Source: an uncultured Bacteroides sp.
Lineage (GTDB): Bacteria > Bacteroidota > Bacteroidia > Bacteroidales > Muribaculaceae
Direction of reading: 5' to 3'
DNA: 64,000 nucleotides
Assembly (NCBI GenBank): GCA_964442005.1
Contig: CAYTWG010000004.1
Location: 1,694 to 65,693 of the forward strand
The number at the start of each line of letters is the position of its first letter. Position 1 is the first letter of the stretch. Positions 1 to 10,224 of this stretch are shown piece by piece. Made by a program: the position numbers and the translations under genes. The notes under the pieces were generated by a model. That model was not told the origin of the DNA. It was given only the letters and a program-made list of their open reading frames with translations, and did no database searches.

Positions 1-269
1 AATCCCGTCCATGTCCAGTTGCCGCGACCACGGATCTGCATCCCGAGTTGACTGTCGGGCGACCCCGTCGGTCTGATCCCCTCGACTCCCATGTTGTCGA
101 TATAATAGGTCGCTTTGACATACTCCTCCTTTGACACGACCGGCGCATTGTTTTCGGTAGTGATAAACATGACAGGCAACGTGCCTGAATAAGTGACCGC
201 TGATGCCGCTCCGGACCCTGCCGAAAGTAGAGCTGCAACAACAACGGCGCTGACTGAAAATCTCGCCAT
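1..269 (-). CDS. secreted protein, N-terminal fragment (CotH-family-like); gene continues past the window start
   Basis: My own minus-strand translation from the ATG at 269 gives MARFSVSAVVVAALLSAGSGAASA (signal peptide) ...LPVMFITTENN...QIRGRGNWTW, open to position 1. The pattern resembles CotH-family N-termini (recalled, not searched). Confidence 0.4.
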   Translation of the reverse strand, partial: MARFSVSAVVVAALLSAGSGAASAVTYSGTLPVMFITTENNAPVVSKEEYVKATYYIDNMGVEGIRPTGSPDSQLGMQIRGRGNWTWTG

Positions 270-365
270 AGTTAAATTTCTTATGTTAAGTATGATATAA
301 TCTTTATTTAATTGCAAATTGTAAGACCACGTGTCGCCACGTAAGGACACCCTTCCGCCCAAAGG

Positions 366-2306
366 TTAAAGAGTGTCGATCTCGGCAAGCCACATAGCCG
401 CTGATGCGTCAGAGGGCATGCGCAAGTCGCCGCGTGGCGACAGACACACATTTCCCACCTTCGGTCCGTCAGGCATGCATGAACGCTTAAACTGCTGATT
501 GAAGAATCGGCGGAAGAACGTGCGCAGCCAGTGCAATATCGTCTTGTCGTTATAGACTCCCTCAAACGCTATCCGTGCCAGCTGATAAATCTTACGCGGC
601 GAACGCCCGTGACGCAACAGGTGATATATGAAGAAATCATGCAGTTCGTAAGGACCTACAAGATCCTCGGTTTTCTGCGTTATATTGTCTTTCTCGTCGG
701 CGGGAATCAACTCAGGGCTTATGGGAGTGTCAATGATGTCCTCGAGAGCCTCACGCTCGGTATCAGAAGTAGCTCTCATGGCAAACCATCGGACGAGATA
801 CCTGACGAGAGTCTTGGGCACACCGGCATTGACCCCGTACATCGACATGTGGTCGCCGTTATAGGTCGCCCATCCGAGAGCGAGTTCCGACAGGTCACCG
901 GTACCGATGACCATGCCACCCTTCTCGTTGGCGATATCCATCAGTATCTGTGTGCGTTCACGTGCCTGACTATTTTCGTATGTGACATCACGCACGGCAG
1001 GGTCGTGACCTATATCTTTAAAATGTTGATTGACGGCGTCGGCAATAGGCACCTCCATGATTGATACGCCGAGTGACTCCATCAGCGTCAGGGCGTTGTT
1101 ATGGGTACGTCCCGTGGTACCGAATCCGGGCATCGTCACACCGATTATTCCCTTACGGTCAAGACCGAGGCGGTCAAAAGCGTTGACCGTGACAAGAAGC
1201 GCGAGCGTTGAGTCAAGACCACCGGAGATACCGATGACAGCTGTCTTGCAACGGGTGAACGACAATCGCTGTGCGAGTCCGGCTGACTGAATGTTTACGA
1301 CCTCGCCGGCACGACGGTCGATATCGCTGTCGTTTGACGGCACAAAGGGCGTACGGCGTATCTTACGCATCAGCTTGTCGTCACGTCCGACTGTCGATGT
1401 CGCCTGCGCCGGGACCATACGGTAGATCTGTCGCGCCGTTTCAGCGGCAGCACAATCGGCAAAAGAACTCATATACCCCCGGTCATGATCTATCGATTCA
1501 ATGTCTATATCAGCTATTTCATAACGGTTACCACTCGTCCAGCGCTCGCTACGGCACAGTATAGAGCCTGTCTCGGCTATGATTGCCTTCCCGTCAAACA
1601 CGAGATCGGTCGACGATTCGCCGAAACCGGCGCTTGAATAGACATAGGCACATGAGCAACGAGCCGACTGATGAGCTATCAGATGGCACAGATGGTCATA
1701 CTTCCCTACGACATCGTCTGAAGCCGACAGATTAACTATCACCTGAGCGCCGGCAAGAGACGCACGGCATGAGGGGGGTATCGCAGTCCACAGATCTTCG
1801 CAAATCTCAATCCCGATTCTGACACCCGCCGGAGTCTCTATAAGCTGACTCACACTCACCGGTGCCACTCCCGCGTCGCCAAGATCCACTACCGTGTCAA
1901 GCCCGGCGCCGCTCTGCCACCAGCGTTTTTCATAAAACTCGCCATAACACGGCACATAACTCTTGGGCACCACGGCAAGCGCTTTGCCATGCTGAAGGGC
2001 GACACCGCAGTTATACAGTGTGCCGTGTATCCCTATCGGCATCCCCACTACAATAATCATGTCGAGCGACGCCGTCTCACGCGCAATCTGTCCGAGACCA
2101 CGCATTGCGCCCTCCATGAGCGTCGTTGTCTGAAACAGGTCAGCACAGGTGTAACCCGTGACCGACATTTCAGGAAACATGGCAAGTTCGACCCCTTTAT
2201 CGCTTAACTCATGCGCAAGCGAAACTATATTGACAGCATTGGCACGGCAGTCGGCAACACTGACCGCCGGAAGAGCCGCAGCTACTCTGAAAAATCCGTC
2301 TATCAT
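366..2306 (-). CDS. nadE: glutamine-dependent NAD+ synthetase
   Basis: 646-aa ORF. The N-terminal carbon-nitrogen hydrolase half (FPEMSVTGY, EICEDLW) is fused to an NAD synthetase half with a PP-loop (GISGGLDST). Confidence 0.9.
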   Translation of the reverse strand: MIDGFFRVAAALPAVSVADCRANAVNIVSLAHELSDKGVELAMFPEMSVTGYTCADLFQTTTLMEGAMRGLGQIARETASLDMIIVVGMPIGIHGTLYNCGVALQHGKALAVVPKSYVPCYGEFYEKRWWQSGAGLDTVVDLGDAGVAPVSVSQLIETPAGVRIGIEICEDLWTAIPPSCRASLAGAQVIVNLSASDDVVGKYDHLCHLIAHQSARCSCAYVYSSAGFGESSTDLVFDGKAIIAETGSILCRSERWTSGNRYEIADIDIESIDHDRGYMSSFADCAAAETARQIYRMVPAQATSTVGRDDKLMRKIRRTPFVPSNDSDIDRRAGEVVNIQSAGLAQRLSFTRCKTAVIGISGGLDSTLALLVTVNAFDRLGLDRKGIIGVTMPGFGTTGRTHNNALTLMESLGVSIMEVPIADAVNQHFKDIGHDPAVRDVTYENSQARERTQILMDIANEKGGMVIGTGDLSELALGWATYNGDHMSMYGVNAGVPKTLVRYLVRWFAMRATSDTEREALEDIIDTPISPELIPADEKDNITQKTEDLVGPYELHDFFIYHLLRHGRSPRKIYQLARIAFEGVYNDKTILHWLRTFFRRFFNQQFKRSCMPDGPKVGNVCLSPRGDLRMPSDASAAMWLAEIDTL

Positions 2307-2573
2307 ATCTCCTTATATATAATTATGTTGACCGCGACCCTCTCAAGAGTCACAGATATGTTGCGAAATTATAAAATTTTAATCAATTAATGAATTACAG
2401 CCTTAAAAAATTTGGTTAGTACGGGAAAAATTGCTTACTTTGCACTCTGTTTTGTGGCTCATCCTTTAAAGCGGCTAAAAATGATGCGTTTAGCCGTGAT
2501 ATGAGACTGAGATGGTGACACATTACAAGCGAAACAAAAATAACAAAACGAAACAAGATAAATTTAAACAGCC

Positions 2574-2831
2574 ATGTCAAAGATTTGTCAAATTACGGGC
2601 AAGAAGGCGATCACCGGTAACAATGTATCGCACTCTAAACGTCGTACCAAACGTCGTTTCAATGTAAACCTCTTCAACAAGAAATTCTACTGGGTTGAAC
2701 AGGACACTTGGATCACACTCACCATCTCGGCAGCAGGACTCCGCACTATTAACAAAATGGGTCTTGACGCAGCTATCAAGCTCGCTGCAAGCAAGGGTTA
2801 TTTAACTGAAATCAAATATTTAGAATTCTAA
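2574..2831 (+). CDS. rpmB: 50S ribosomal protein L28
   Basis: 85 aa, [11 protein letters not shown]...[13 protein letters not shown], typical L28. It is followed 4 nt later by L33. Confidence 0.95.
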   Translation: MSKICQITGKKAITGNNVSHSKRRTKRRFNVNLFNKKFYWVEQDTWITLTISAAGLRTINKMGLDAAIKLAASKGYLTEIKYLEF

Positions 2832-2835
2832 GAAG

Positions 2836-3024
2836 ATGGCAAAGAAAGCTAAAGGTAATCGTGTGCAGGTAATCCTCGAATGCACTGAACACAAGGCAAG
2901 CGGTATGCCCGGTACTTCTCGTTATATCACTACTAAAAACCGCAAGAACACTACCGAGAGACTGGAGCTTAAGAAATACAACCCCATTCTCAAAAAAGTA
3001 ACCGTACACAAAGAAATCAAATAA
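2836..3024 (+). CDS. rpmG: 50S ribosomal protein L33
   Basis: 62 aa, [20 protein letters not shown]...[19 protein letters not shown], typical L33. Confidence 0.95.
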   Translation: MAKKAKGNRVQVILECTEHKASGMPGTSRYITTKNRKNTTERLELKKYNPILKKVTVHKEIK

Positions 3025-3036
3025 TTGACTTAAGAT

Positions 3037-3186
3037 ATGGCAAAGAAAACCGTAGCATCACTTCAGAAAGGTGAAGGACGTACCTACAGCAAGGTCATCA
3101 AGATGGTGAAATCGCCCAAGACCGGTGCTTATGTCTTCAAAGAAGAAATGGTTCCCAACGACGCTGTAAAAGACGCGTTGAAGTAA
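3037..3186 (+). CDS. DUF4295-family small protein
   Basis: Not in the ORF track (49 aa). My own translation gives MAKKTVASLQKGEGRTYSKVIKMVKSPKTGAYVFKEEMVPNDAVKDALK. Position after rpmB-rpmG is the conserved Bacteroidota arrangement. Confidence 0.75.
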   Translation: MAKKTVASLQKGEGRTYSKVIKMVKSPKTGAYVFKEEMVPNDAVKDALK

Positions 3187-3219
3187 TTGTAAATATTCGA
3201 CATTCTCTTTAGATACAAG

Positions 3220-3267
3220 GCGAGAAAGCTCCCGGCGTTGTCAAGGCAATCCCGGTAGCTTTCTCGC
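3220..3267 (+). terminator. hairpin after the rpmB-rpmG-DUF4295 operon
   Basis: 11-bp stem GCGAGAAAGCT (3220-3230) / AGCTTTCTCGC (3257-3267), about 35 nt after the stop codon. Confidence 0.5.
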
Positions 3268-3317
3268 TCTATGATTATACCCTCCGTAAAAACAACCATC
3301 GACAATCCCACGGCAAA

Positions 3318-4529
3318 ATGAACATCCGAGACATCAAGATTGACGACTTCAACTATCCCCTCCCCGACGAACGCATCGCACGTCACCCCCTCGCCGAGCG
3401 CGACATGTGCCGCCTCCTCGTGCGCGACAGCGACGGCACCCTCAGCGACCATCATTTTATTGATCTCCCGGCACTCCTGCCGACCGACTCGATGCTTGTC
3501 TACAACAACACGCGCGTCATCAACGCTCGCCTTAGATTCCGCAAAAATCTTACCGGGGCTCTGATTGAAATCTTCTGCCTTGAACCAGTCGAACCGCGAG
3601 ACTACGCGCTCAACTTCGTATCGACCGAACGATGCTCATGGACATGTTTCATCGGCAACTCAAAGCGCTGGAAACAGGGCGCACTGGAATTACCGCTGAC
3701 CGTCAACGGACACGACATCACCCTCTCGGCTACCCGCACGGCAGCGACCGAGGGCAACGCCTCGATAGTGCAATTTGCCTGGAACGATCCATCGGTGACA
3801 TTCTCAGAGATAATATCAGCAGCCGGTGAGATACCCATTCCTCCATATCTAAACCGCGCGACTGAAGAAAGCGACTCGACCGACTATCAGACCGTCTACT
3901 CCCATATCGACGGCTCAGTGGCAGCCCCTACGGCAGGACTGCATTTCACGCCACGCGTCCTTGAAGCGATCTCCCAACGGGGAATCCCGCGTCATGAACT
4001 GACACTGCACGTCGGAGCCGGCACCTTTCAGCCGGTAAAATCCGACAGCATAGGCGAACACACGATGCACAGCGAGTTTATTGCCGTCGACCGAGACCTG
4101 ATTGCTGAACTCGCGGCAACCGACCGTCGTATCATCGCCGTAGGAACCACATCAGTGCGCACCCTCGAAAGCCTTTATCACATAGGGTGTCTCATATCCG
4201 AAGGAAATTGGGACGGCGAGGTGCCGCAATGGTACCCCTACTCTGACACACACCCGCAGCTCTCACGCAGCGACGCGCTCACGGCTCTCGCCACATGGCT
4301 CGACAGCCACGGCATGAAAACACTTATCGGCGCCACGCGCATTATCATAGCGCCCGGTTACAAATACCGCGTCGTGTCAGGAATGGTGACCAACTTCCAT
4401 CAGCCGCAGTCGACTCTGCTATTGCTCGTTTCAGCATTTACCGGCGGCGACTGGCTCCCCATGTACCGCCATGCACTCGATGCCGACTACCGCTTCCTCA
4501 GCTACGGCGACGCCTCCCTCCTCCTCTGA
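3318..4529 (+). CDS. S-adenosylmethionine:tRNA ribosyltransferase-isomerase-like protein (long QueA paralogue)
   Basis: 403 aa with QueA hallmarks: PIPPYL, YQTVY, APTAGLHFT, LHVGAGTFQPV, HTMHSE, AVGTTSVRTLES, NFHQPQSTLLLLVSAF, YRFLSYGDASLL. Confidence 0.8.
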   Translation: MNIRDIKIDDFNYPLPDERIARHPLAERDMCRLLVRDSDGTLSDHHFIDLPALLPTDSMLVYNNTRVINARLRFRKNLTGALIEIFCLEPVEPRDYALNFVSTERCSWTCFIGNSKRWKQGALELPLTVNGHDITLSATRTAATEGNASIVQFAWNDPSVTFSEIISAAGEIPIPPYLNRATEESDSTDYQTVYSHIDGSVAAPTAGLHFTPRVLEAISQRGIPRHELTLHVGAGTFQPVKSDSIGEHTMHSEFIAVDRDLIAELAATDRRIIAVGTTSVRTLESLYHIGCLISEGNWDGEVPQWYPYSDTHPQLSRSDALTALATWLDSHGMKTLIGATRIIIAPGYKYRVVSGMVTNFHQPQSTLLLLVSAFTGGDWLPMYRHALDADYRFLSYGDASLLL

Positions 4530-4556
4530 CACTTTATCGGAATTTAACACCGATCG

Positions 4557-5144
4557 TCAGCGCTTGACTTTGTCGGGATGGGCTGCGATGAAAGCTTTCC
4601 ACGATGAGGAGCCTTTAGAGGGGATTGGGCGCGACGACTCATAGAAATGACAGAGCGCTGCGCCGAGTGCATCGGTGGCGTCGAGCTGCGGCAGCAGATC
4701 CTCATCAGGGATGTTGAGAATACGCCGCAACATGCCCTGCACCTGCTCCTTTGACGCTCCGCCATTGCCGGTAATAGCCATTTTTATCTTTCGCGGCTCA
4801 TACTCGGTGATAGGGACATCGCGTGACAGCGCCGCCGCCATCGCAACCCCCTGTGCCCTACCGAGTTTCAGCATCGATTGCACGTTTTTACCGAAAAACG
4901 GAGCCTCGATAGCCATCTCGTCAGGCAGATACTGCTCCACCAGTCCCTGCACACGCTCAAATATGCGTCGCAGTCTCAGGTAGTGACTCTCAAACTTGCT
5001 GAGCGTTATCACCCCCATGGCTATCATCGACGGATTCTTGCCTTTAATGCCGAGAATACCGTAACCCATTACATTAGTTCCGGGGTCGATTCCGATTATG
5101 ATTTTGTCCCACTCTCTGCCGGGACGTCCCGTATCCATGCTCAC
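4557..5144 (-). CDS. ruvC: crossover junction endodeoxyribonuclease RuvC
   Basis: [16 protein letters not shown] ... [23 protein letters not shown] ... [12 protein letters not shown], the RuvC fold and catalytic acidic motifs. Confidence 0.9.
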   Translation of the reverse strand: MSMDTGRPGREWDKIIIGIDPGTNVMGYGILGIKGKNPSMIAMGVITLSKFESHYLRLRRIFERVQGLVEQYLPDEMAIEAPFFGKNVQSMLKLGRAQGVAMAAALSRDVPITEYEPRKIKMAITGNGGASKEQVQGMLRRILNIPDEDLLPQLDATDALGAALCHFYESSRPIPSKGSSSWKAFIAAHPDKVKR

Positions 5145-5446
5145 CCTACAATCTCCATGTATGTTGAAAAAGAGAGCACCCGGTCACCCATACGTGCCGC
5201 AATATCATCTTTCAGTATCGCTGCCGTCTCGTCATGCCATCGGGTCGCCTCGCTCAGATCGGGTGCAAGCAACTGCACGGCATAGTTGACTGTCTCGGGA
5301 TCTATCTCCGACATTATACGCAATATTTTAATGTCGTCAAACACACCGCATGCGTGAGCCGCCTTAACATAGACATCCTTTACCCAGTCATTAAAACTGT
5401 CGATTGCCGGGCGATGCACGATAAATGTAGTATTAAGTATATACAT
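5141..5446 (-). CDS. DUF4286-family protein
   Basis: 101 aa. Its stop overlaps the ruvC start by 4 nt (stop at 5141, ruvC start at 5144). The ruvC-adjacent position and size are typical of DUF4286 (recalled). Confidence 0.65.
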   Translation of the reverse strand: MYILNTTFIVHRPAIDSFNDWVKDVYVKAAHACGVFDDIKILRIMSEIDPETVNYAVQLLAPDLSEATRWHDETAAILKDDIAARMGDRVLSFSTYMEIVG

Positions 5447-5455
5447 ATTAAGCGA

Positions 5456-5935
5456 TTACATTCCGTATAAATTCACGTTATTTATATAATATATCGAGAG
5501 CGGGATGCCGATGATCAGGCTTATAAGCGCCCATCTGAAAGCACTGCGCGAGCGGCTACGCGCCTCATCGCGTCTACCCGTCATCCACAGTTTATTCACT
5601 GACGAGGCTTTGATAATAGCGACTATGCCAAATGGCCAGATAAAGAGCAGAGAGAGGATTGCAAGCCACATATAACTGGACGGACATTTATCTTCCATCC
5701 CATAAACCGTTCGTGCATCATGTCCATAAGTCGACTCATACCGTTCCTTGTCAAACTTAGGTGGCACCGGAGGCATAAAAAGTTCGGTGACAAGTTCCTC
5801 TACCTCTCCTGCCTTAACCCATGCATCCATTCCCTTGCACCAGACAAGATCATCCTTGGTAATTCCTAACGATCGCAGCTGTCTTATTGAGTAAGGACCC
5901 TTGGGGGTATTGTTTTCAGCTATATAGTATCCCAT
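5456..5935 (-). CDS. GYF_2 (DUF4339)-CD225/dispanin fusion membrane protein
   Basis: The N-terminus MGYYIAENNTPKGPYSIRQL...VWCKGMDAWVKA is GYF_2-like. The C-terminus has two TM segments with a CPSSYMWLAILSLLF...IIKASSV CD225-like pattern. Confidence 0.6.
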   Translation of the reverse strand: MGYYIAENNTPKGPYSIRQLRSLGITKDDLVWCKGMDAWVKAGEVEELVTELFMPPVPPKFDKERYESTYGHDARTVYGMEDKCPSSYMWLAILSLLFIWPFGIVAIIKASSVNKLWMTGRRDEARSRSRSAFRWALISLIIGIPLSIYYINNVNLYGM

Positions 5936-5960
5936 AATCTGATTGTATTTATGATTTCTA

Positions 5961-6755
5961 TTATTTAATGCCGGCTCTCATCGCCCTTTCTTCCCGACGC
6001 CGGCGCATAAACCGTCCGAGGAAACGGACATGCCGTCCTACGGTGGCACAGATTCCGTAATAGTAACACATTATCCTGAAACGCTCCATGAGTGACTTGT
6101 AGCGGTTACGTGTCGTGGTACCCTCGTCAAGATAATCGGCTACGACAGCTGGGACATAGACATTATGACGCGAGTGTTGCAGACATCTGATACACCACTC
6201 GTAGTCAGCTGAAAACCGATACCGCAAGTTAAAGAGCGGAACAATGCGCCTTAACACGAAAAACGCCTGATGACACACCACCATCCCCTCGGCAAAACTC
6301 CCGAGCGAAAGCACTTCGGGGGCTTTAAGATGTCGGTCGCCGAGACGATGCCGGTCGGCACCGGTGACGATCTCGGTCTGTCCGTAGACTATCCCCGGCT
6401 TGTCGTTGCGATCTATCGCGTCAGCTATGAGCTGCAACGTGTCGGGAGAATGGAAAGTGTCGCCCGCATTAAGAAACACCACATACTCTCCCCGTGCCAT
6501 CCCGAGCCCGCGGTTCATGGCGTCATAGATACCCGAGTCGCGCTCACTGTGAACCCTCATTTCCTCTATACCTGACTCGCCGATAAGTTCCAGCGTATTG
6601 TCAGTCGACGCACCGTCAACCACGATATACTCATATCGGCGGCACGTCTGCTCCCTGACGCTTTTCAGCGTAGGCGCGATTGTATCGGCGGCATTATATG
6701 TCACCGTTATGACTGAAAAAAGCTTATTGTTATCGGGCTCTGCTGCGTGACTCAT
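5961..6755 (-). CDS. family 2 glycosyltransferase
   Basis: FSVITVTYNAADTI...YIVVDGASTDNT...DSGIYDAMNRG...VVFLNAGD, GT2 (DXD-type) motifs. Confidence 0.85.
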   Translation of the reverse strand: MSHAAEPDNNKLFSVITVTYNAADTIAPTLKSVREQTCRRYEYIVVDGASTDNTLELIGESGIEEMRVHSERDSGIYDAMNRGLGMARGEYVVFLNAGDTFHSPDTLQLIADAIDRNDKPGIVYGQTEIVTGADRHRLGDRHLKAPEVLSLGSFAEGMVVCHQAFFVLRRIVPLFNLRYRFSADYEWCIRCLQHSRHNVYVPAVVADYLDEGTTTRNRYKSLMERFRIMCYYYGICATVGRHVRFLGRFMRRRREERAMRAGIK

Positions 6756-6872
6756 GTGACATTCAAAATATTTTTCAAATATACTAATTTTTTCGCAGAA
6801 TCATTGCCCCGCGCAGATCTTTTCTACTCAGCCCCTGACTGGCTTGTTAACTGGGCTTGTTAACAAACAAAG

Positions 6873-6908
6873 CATCCCGGAACAGTCACTGCTGACTCTT
6901 CCGGGATG
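6873..6908 (-). terminator. hairpin downstream of the ferredoxin gene
   Basis: 10-bp stem CATCCCGGAA / TTCCGGGATG. On the minus strand it is followed by CTTTGTTTGTT. Confidence 0.45.
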
Positions 6909-6965
6909 TCATTGTATCGTTCTATTGGCCGGGGATTCAAAACCCGCCGCCTGAAGCCGGGGGAA

Positions 6966-7136
6966 TTATTCTCCGGGGTGGATTGCTCCGCTGGGGCAAA
7001 CTTCAGCACAAGAACCGCACTCGATGCAAGTGTCGGGATCGATGTGATAGATATCGCCTTCAGAGATAGCTTCAACGGGGCAAACGGGAAGACAAGTTCC
7101 GCAAGCTACACAGTTATCATTGATTACGTAAGCCAT
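6966..7136 (-). CDS. 2x[4Fe-4S] ferredoxin
   Basis: Not in the ORF track (56 aa). My own translation gives MAYVINDNCVACGTCLPVCPVEAISEGDIYHIDPDTCIECGSCAEVCPSGAIHPGE, with two CxxCxxCxxxCP motifs. Confidence 0.85.
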   Translation of the reverse strand: MAYVINDNCVACGTCLPVCPVEAISEGDIYHIDPDTCIECGSCAEVCPSGAIHPGE

Positions 7137-7186
7137 GGTTGTAAATGTTTAGATAAAAATTATACAATATTGTTGTTTATATTGTG

Positions 7187-7194
7187 CAAAAATA
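7187..7194 (-). promoter_or_regulatory. -7 box TATTTTTG for the ferredoxin gene
   Basis: The plus strand reads CAAAAATA, matching the Bacteroides TAnnTTTG consensus about 50 nt upstream of the start at 7136. Confidence 0.4.
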
Positions 7195-7253
7195 AGGCTT
7201 TTCTCAGAATTAACGAGTAAAAAGAGTCTATTTTTTCCAATGCTGCCGATTAT

Positions 7254-7838
7254 TTAGAATCCGTCTAAATTATCACGCAACGTAATGCAGCAATTGTCAA
7301 GCGAGTCGACTATTGCAAGCGACATGACGTCATAGCCTTCGGATCGCAACTGGTCGCCGCCGCCCTGAAAACCTTTCTCGATAATAAATCCCATTGCCTC
7401 TATCGTCGTGCCGCTCTGACAGCAGAGATCAATAATGCCACGCGCGGCGTTGCCATAGGCAAGAAAGTCATCGATAAAGACGATATGGTCATCGTGAGAC
7501 AGAAATTCAGAGGAGATACACACGGTGTACCACCGGTCTTTCGTAAACGAATGTACCTCTGCAACATAAAAGTCATCCATGGTTTTCGGCACTTTTTTCT
7601 TGACAAATACCACAGGCAACTGCATGACATATCCCAGCATAATGGCGGGAGCAATACCGCTCGCTTCAATGGTGACAATCTTGTTGATGTTACGACCCTC
7701 GAGCCGACTGGCAAATTCTTTGGCAACCTCCATCATCAGGTTGGGGTCGAGCTGATGATTGAGAAAGCTGTCTACTTTCAGGATGCCTCCGCGGAGCGAA
7801 CGACCGTCCTCCAGTATGCGTTTACGAAGTTTTTCCAT
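7254..7838 (-). CDS. xpt: xanthine phosphoribosyltransferase
   Basis: 194 aa with [12 protein letters not shown]....[16 protein letters not shown] and the PRPP motif [13 protein letters not shown]. Confidence 0.85.
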   Translation of the reverse strand: MEKLRKRILEDGRSLRGGILKVDSFLNHQLDPNLMMEVAKEFASRLEGRNINKIVTIEASGIAPAIMLGYVMQLPVVFVKKKVPKTMDDFYVAEVHSFTKDRWYTVCISSEFLSHDDHIVFIDDFLAYGNAARGIIDLCCQSGTTIEAMGFIIEKGFQGGGDQLRSEGYDVMSLAIVDSLDNCCITLRDNLDGF

Positions 7839-7869
7839 ATTATCAATTATTAAGGTATTACTATTGGAC

Positions 7870-10224
7870 TCACTCTCGGTAATATACTCGCTTGACGCGC
7901 GGCGACACCGACGTCAGCACCTCGTAAGGTATCGTGTCAAGACGGTCGGCGACCTCGGTGACAGGCACCCGGCTACCGAATATCTCGACTTCGGCGCCGC
8001 AACAGTCATGACCGACATCGGTAACATCTATCATGCAGATGTCCATGCAGATGTTGCCTACCGTCGGACAGGCAACTCCGTCGACAATAAAGCTCGCACG
8101 TCCGTTGCCCATGTGCCGGTCTATACCGTCGGCATATCCGATAGGAAGCGTAGCGATTACCGACGGGCGCGTAAGCACGCCTCGACGGGCATATCCTATC
8201 GTGTCACCCGGTTCCCGGTGATGGACGGCGCTGACTCTCGTGACAAGCCGTGATACCGGTTTGAGGCATCCGTTGTCCAGCCCGCTTACCGGTGAAACGC
8301 CATAAAGACCTATCCCGAGACGCACCATGTCATACTGATGAGAAGGATAGCGCATTATACCTGCCGTATTCAGGATGTGACGCCGCACCTTGTATCCCAG
8401 ACTGTCAATTATATACGAACTCATACGCTCGAAATTATCAAGTTGACGGCGGGTATAATCGTCCTGGTCAAGACAGTCGGCGGTAGAGAGATGTGAAAAT
8501 ATAGACGCCACTCTGAATGTAGGATATTTTTTCAATGCTTCGACAAGGACAGGCAACTCATCCTCAGTAAATCCGAAACGGTGCATACCCGTATCGAGCT
8601 TGATATGAATCGGGTAATTCGTCGTGCCGGCAGGTGCAAACCGGTCGAGCAGTTCAAGTTCTCCGGTCGAGAACACGGTAGGCTCCAGATGACGCTGATA
8701 CATCGTGCGGCAGTTGCTGCTGATGGGATTAAGCACCATCACCGGCATCGTGATACCCTGCTCGCGGAGTTTCAATCCCTCCTCGACAACGGCTACGGCA
8801 AGATAGTCAGCCCCCTGACACTGGAGTGTCTTTGCAACCTCTACGGCGCCGGCGCCATAAGCATCGGCTTTTATCATTGCGACAAGTCCGGTCTCGGGAC
8901 GTATCAGTGACCTATAATAATTATAATTACTGATCAGCGCGTCAAGACTGACCTCGAGATATGACTCGTGCCTGGTATATTCAAGAAGAGTGCGCAGAGG
9001 TCGGAAACTTGACGGAGGCGTACCTTTCAGCAGTATCGCCATACTGTCGAAGCCACAGTCGCCCAATGCCTCGCACACCTGGTCGACCGTGTCGTAACAG
9101 CTCACTTTAATCATTTTATCAAACGACGGAGCATATTTCTTAATCTCCCGACCGACACCTATAAGAGTGTCAACATTGCGCGATATCAACAGTTGTTCAA
9201 GAGCGGCATACACCTCCGCCTGACGGTGTCCGTCGGTCATCAGGTCACCGGCTATCAGCGACAACTGATGTCCCGGTGTCAGACGCCGAGCCACGATGTC
9301 AAGCGCCGTGGCTATCCCGTCGATATCGTTGGTATAGTAATCGTAAGCGACAATGCTTCCGTCCACGCCCTCGTTGATGTCGATACGTGTCAGCACCTCA
9401 TCGAGATCAGATAAACGTGACTCGATAACCGCGTCATCGTACCCCAATTCAGTCATTACCGCCCTTACAAGGCCCTTGTTGCCTCCGTCGACAGCAACGA
9501 GACGCGCCGACCGGCACACATCGGCAAGCGTATCGCGTATCAGCTCCGATCCGCCCGGATATATCACAACCGGACAATCACGGAACAGAACTGCTTTTTC
9601 TCGGCATTTCTCCTCTATAGAGACGAAGTCACGATGATGTTCCGACGTAATCGATGTAAACACGCCTATCGTCGGACGCACTATCGGCTCAAGACGCTCC
9701 ATCTCTCCGGGACGCGATATTCCGGCTTCAAAGATGCCGAGAGTAGTATCACTGTCGAGCTGCCACAACGATAACGGAACCCCGATCTGCGAGTTCCAGC
9801 TACGGGGAGACTTTGCTATCACATGCTCCGGAGAAGTGGCTGCCGCAAGCAGTTCCTTTACGACCGTCTTGCCACGGCTACCGGTAATACCCACGACAGT
9901 ACAGTCAACTTTACCGCGTATGACGGCTGCGCTGCGCTGGAGCGCTCCGATCACCGACGGCGTGACAACAAAATTGGCGTCACTGTCTGCGAGTGCCGCC
10001 GGAATGTCATCATCGATAACAAAATTACGGACTCCGGCGCGATACAGATCCCGCAGATAACGGTGCCCGTCATTGCTCGTCGTACGCAATGCAAAAAACA
10101 CTGTTTCGGCACTGTCGACAAGCGACCGGCTATCGGTCAGCGGACGGCTGACTGTTGACCGGGAACCGCCACCGATAAAACGGTAGCCTTCCTGCGAAGC
10201 AAACTGTTTAAGATTCAGTTCCAT
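7870..10224 (-). CDS. bifunctional UDP-MurNAc-tripeptide:D-Ala-D-Ala ligase (MurF-like) / alanine racemase
   Basis: 784 aa. The N-terminal Mur ligase part has GITGSRGKT. The C-terminal alanine racemase part has [17 protein letters not shown] (PLP lysine) and ...GYADG. Confidence 0.85.
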   Translation of the reverse strand: MELNLKQFASQEGYRFIGGGSRSTVSRPLTDSRSLVDSAETVFFALRTTSNDGHRYLRDLYRAGVRNFVIDDDIPAALADSDANFVVTPSVIGALQRSAAVIRGKVDCTVVGITGSRGKTVVKELLAAATSPEHVIAKSPRSWNSQIGVPLSLWQLDSDTTLGIFEAGISRPGEMERLEPIVRPTIGVFTSITSEHHRDFVSIEEKCREKAVLFRDCPVVIYPGGSELIRDTLADVCRSARLVAVDGGNKGLVRAVMTELGYDDAVIESRLSDLDEVLTRIDINEGVDGSIVAYDYYTNDIDGIATALDIVARRLTPGHQLSLIAGDLMTDGHRQAEVYAALEQLLISRNVDTLIGVGREIKKYAPSFDKMIKVSCYDTVDQVCEALGDCGFDSMAILLKGTPPSSFRPLRTLLEYTRHESYLEVSLDALISNYNYYRSLIRPETGLVAMIKADAYGAGAVEVAKTLQCQGADYLAVAVVEEGLKLREQGITMPVMVLNPISSNCRTMYQRHLEPTVFSTGELELLDRFAPAGTTNYPIHIKLDTGMHRFGFTEDELPVLVEALKKYPTFRVASIFSHLSTADCLDQDDYTRRQLDNFERMSSYIIDSLGYKVRRHILNTAGIMRYPSHQYDMVRLGIGLYGVSPVSGLDNGCLKPVSRLVTRVSAVHHREPGDTIGYARRGVLTRPSVIATLPIGYADGIDRHMGNGRASFIVDGVACPTVGNICMDICMIDVTDVGHDCCGAEVEIFGSRVPVTEVADRLDTIPYEVLTSVSPRVKRVYYRE

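Noticed and set aside
308-565. 85-aa minus-strand ORF overlapping the nadE 3' end
   Set aside because: It lies out of frame within and beside nadE, is Cys/Arg-rich with no motifs, and the space is explained by the nadE terminus and intergenic DNA.
6860-7220. 71-aa (-) and 104-aa (+) ORFs from the track
   Set aside because: A different minus-strand frame (6966-7136) encodes a textbook 2x[4Fe-4S] ferredoxin of 56 aa, which explains the region. The track ORFs lack motifs.
7870-10224. MurF-alanine racemase fusion as a novelty
   Set aside because: To my knowledge this bifunctional arrangement is widespread in Bacteroidota, so it is an expected feature rather than a finding.
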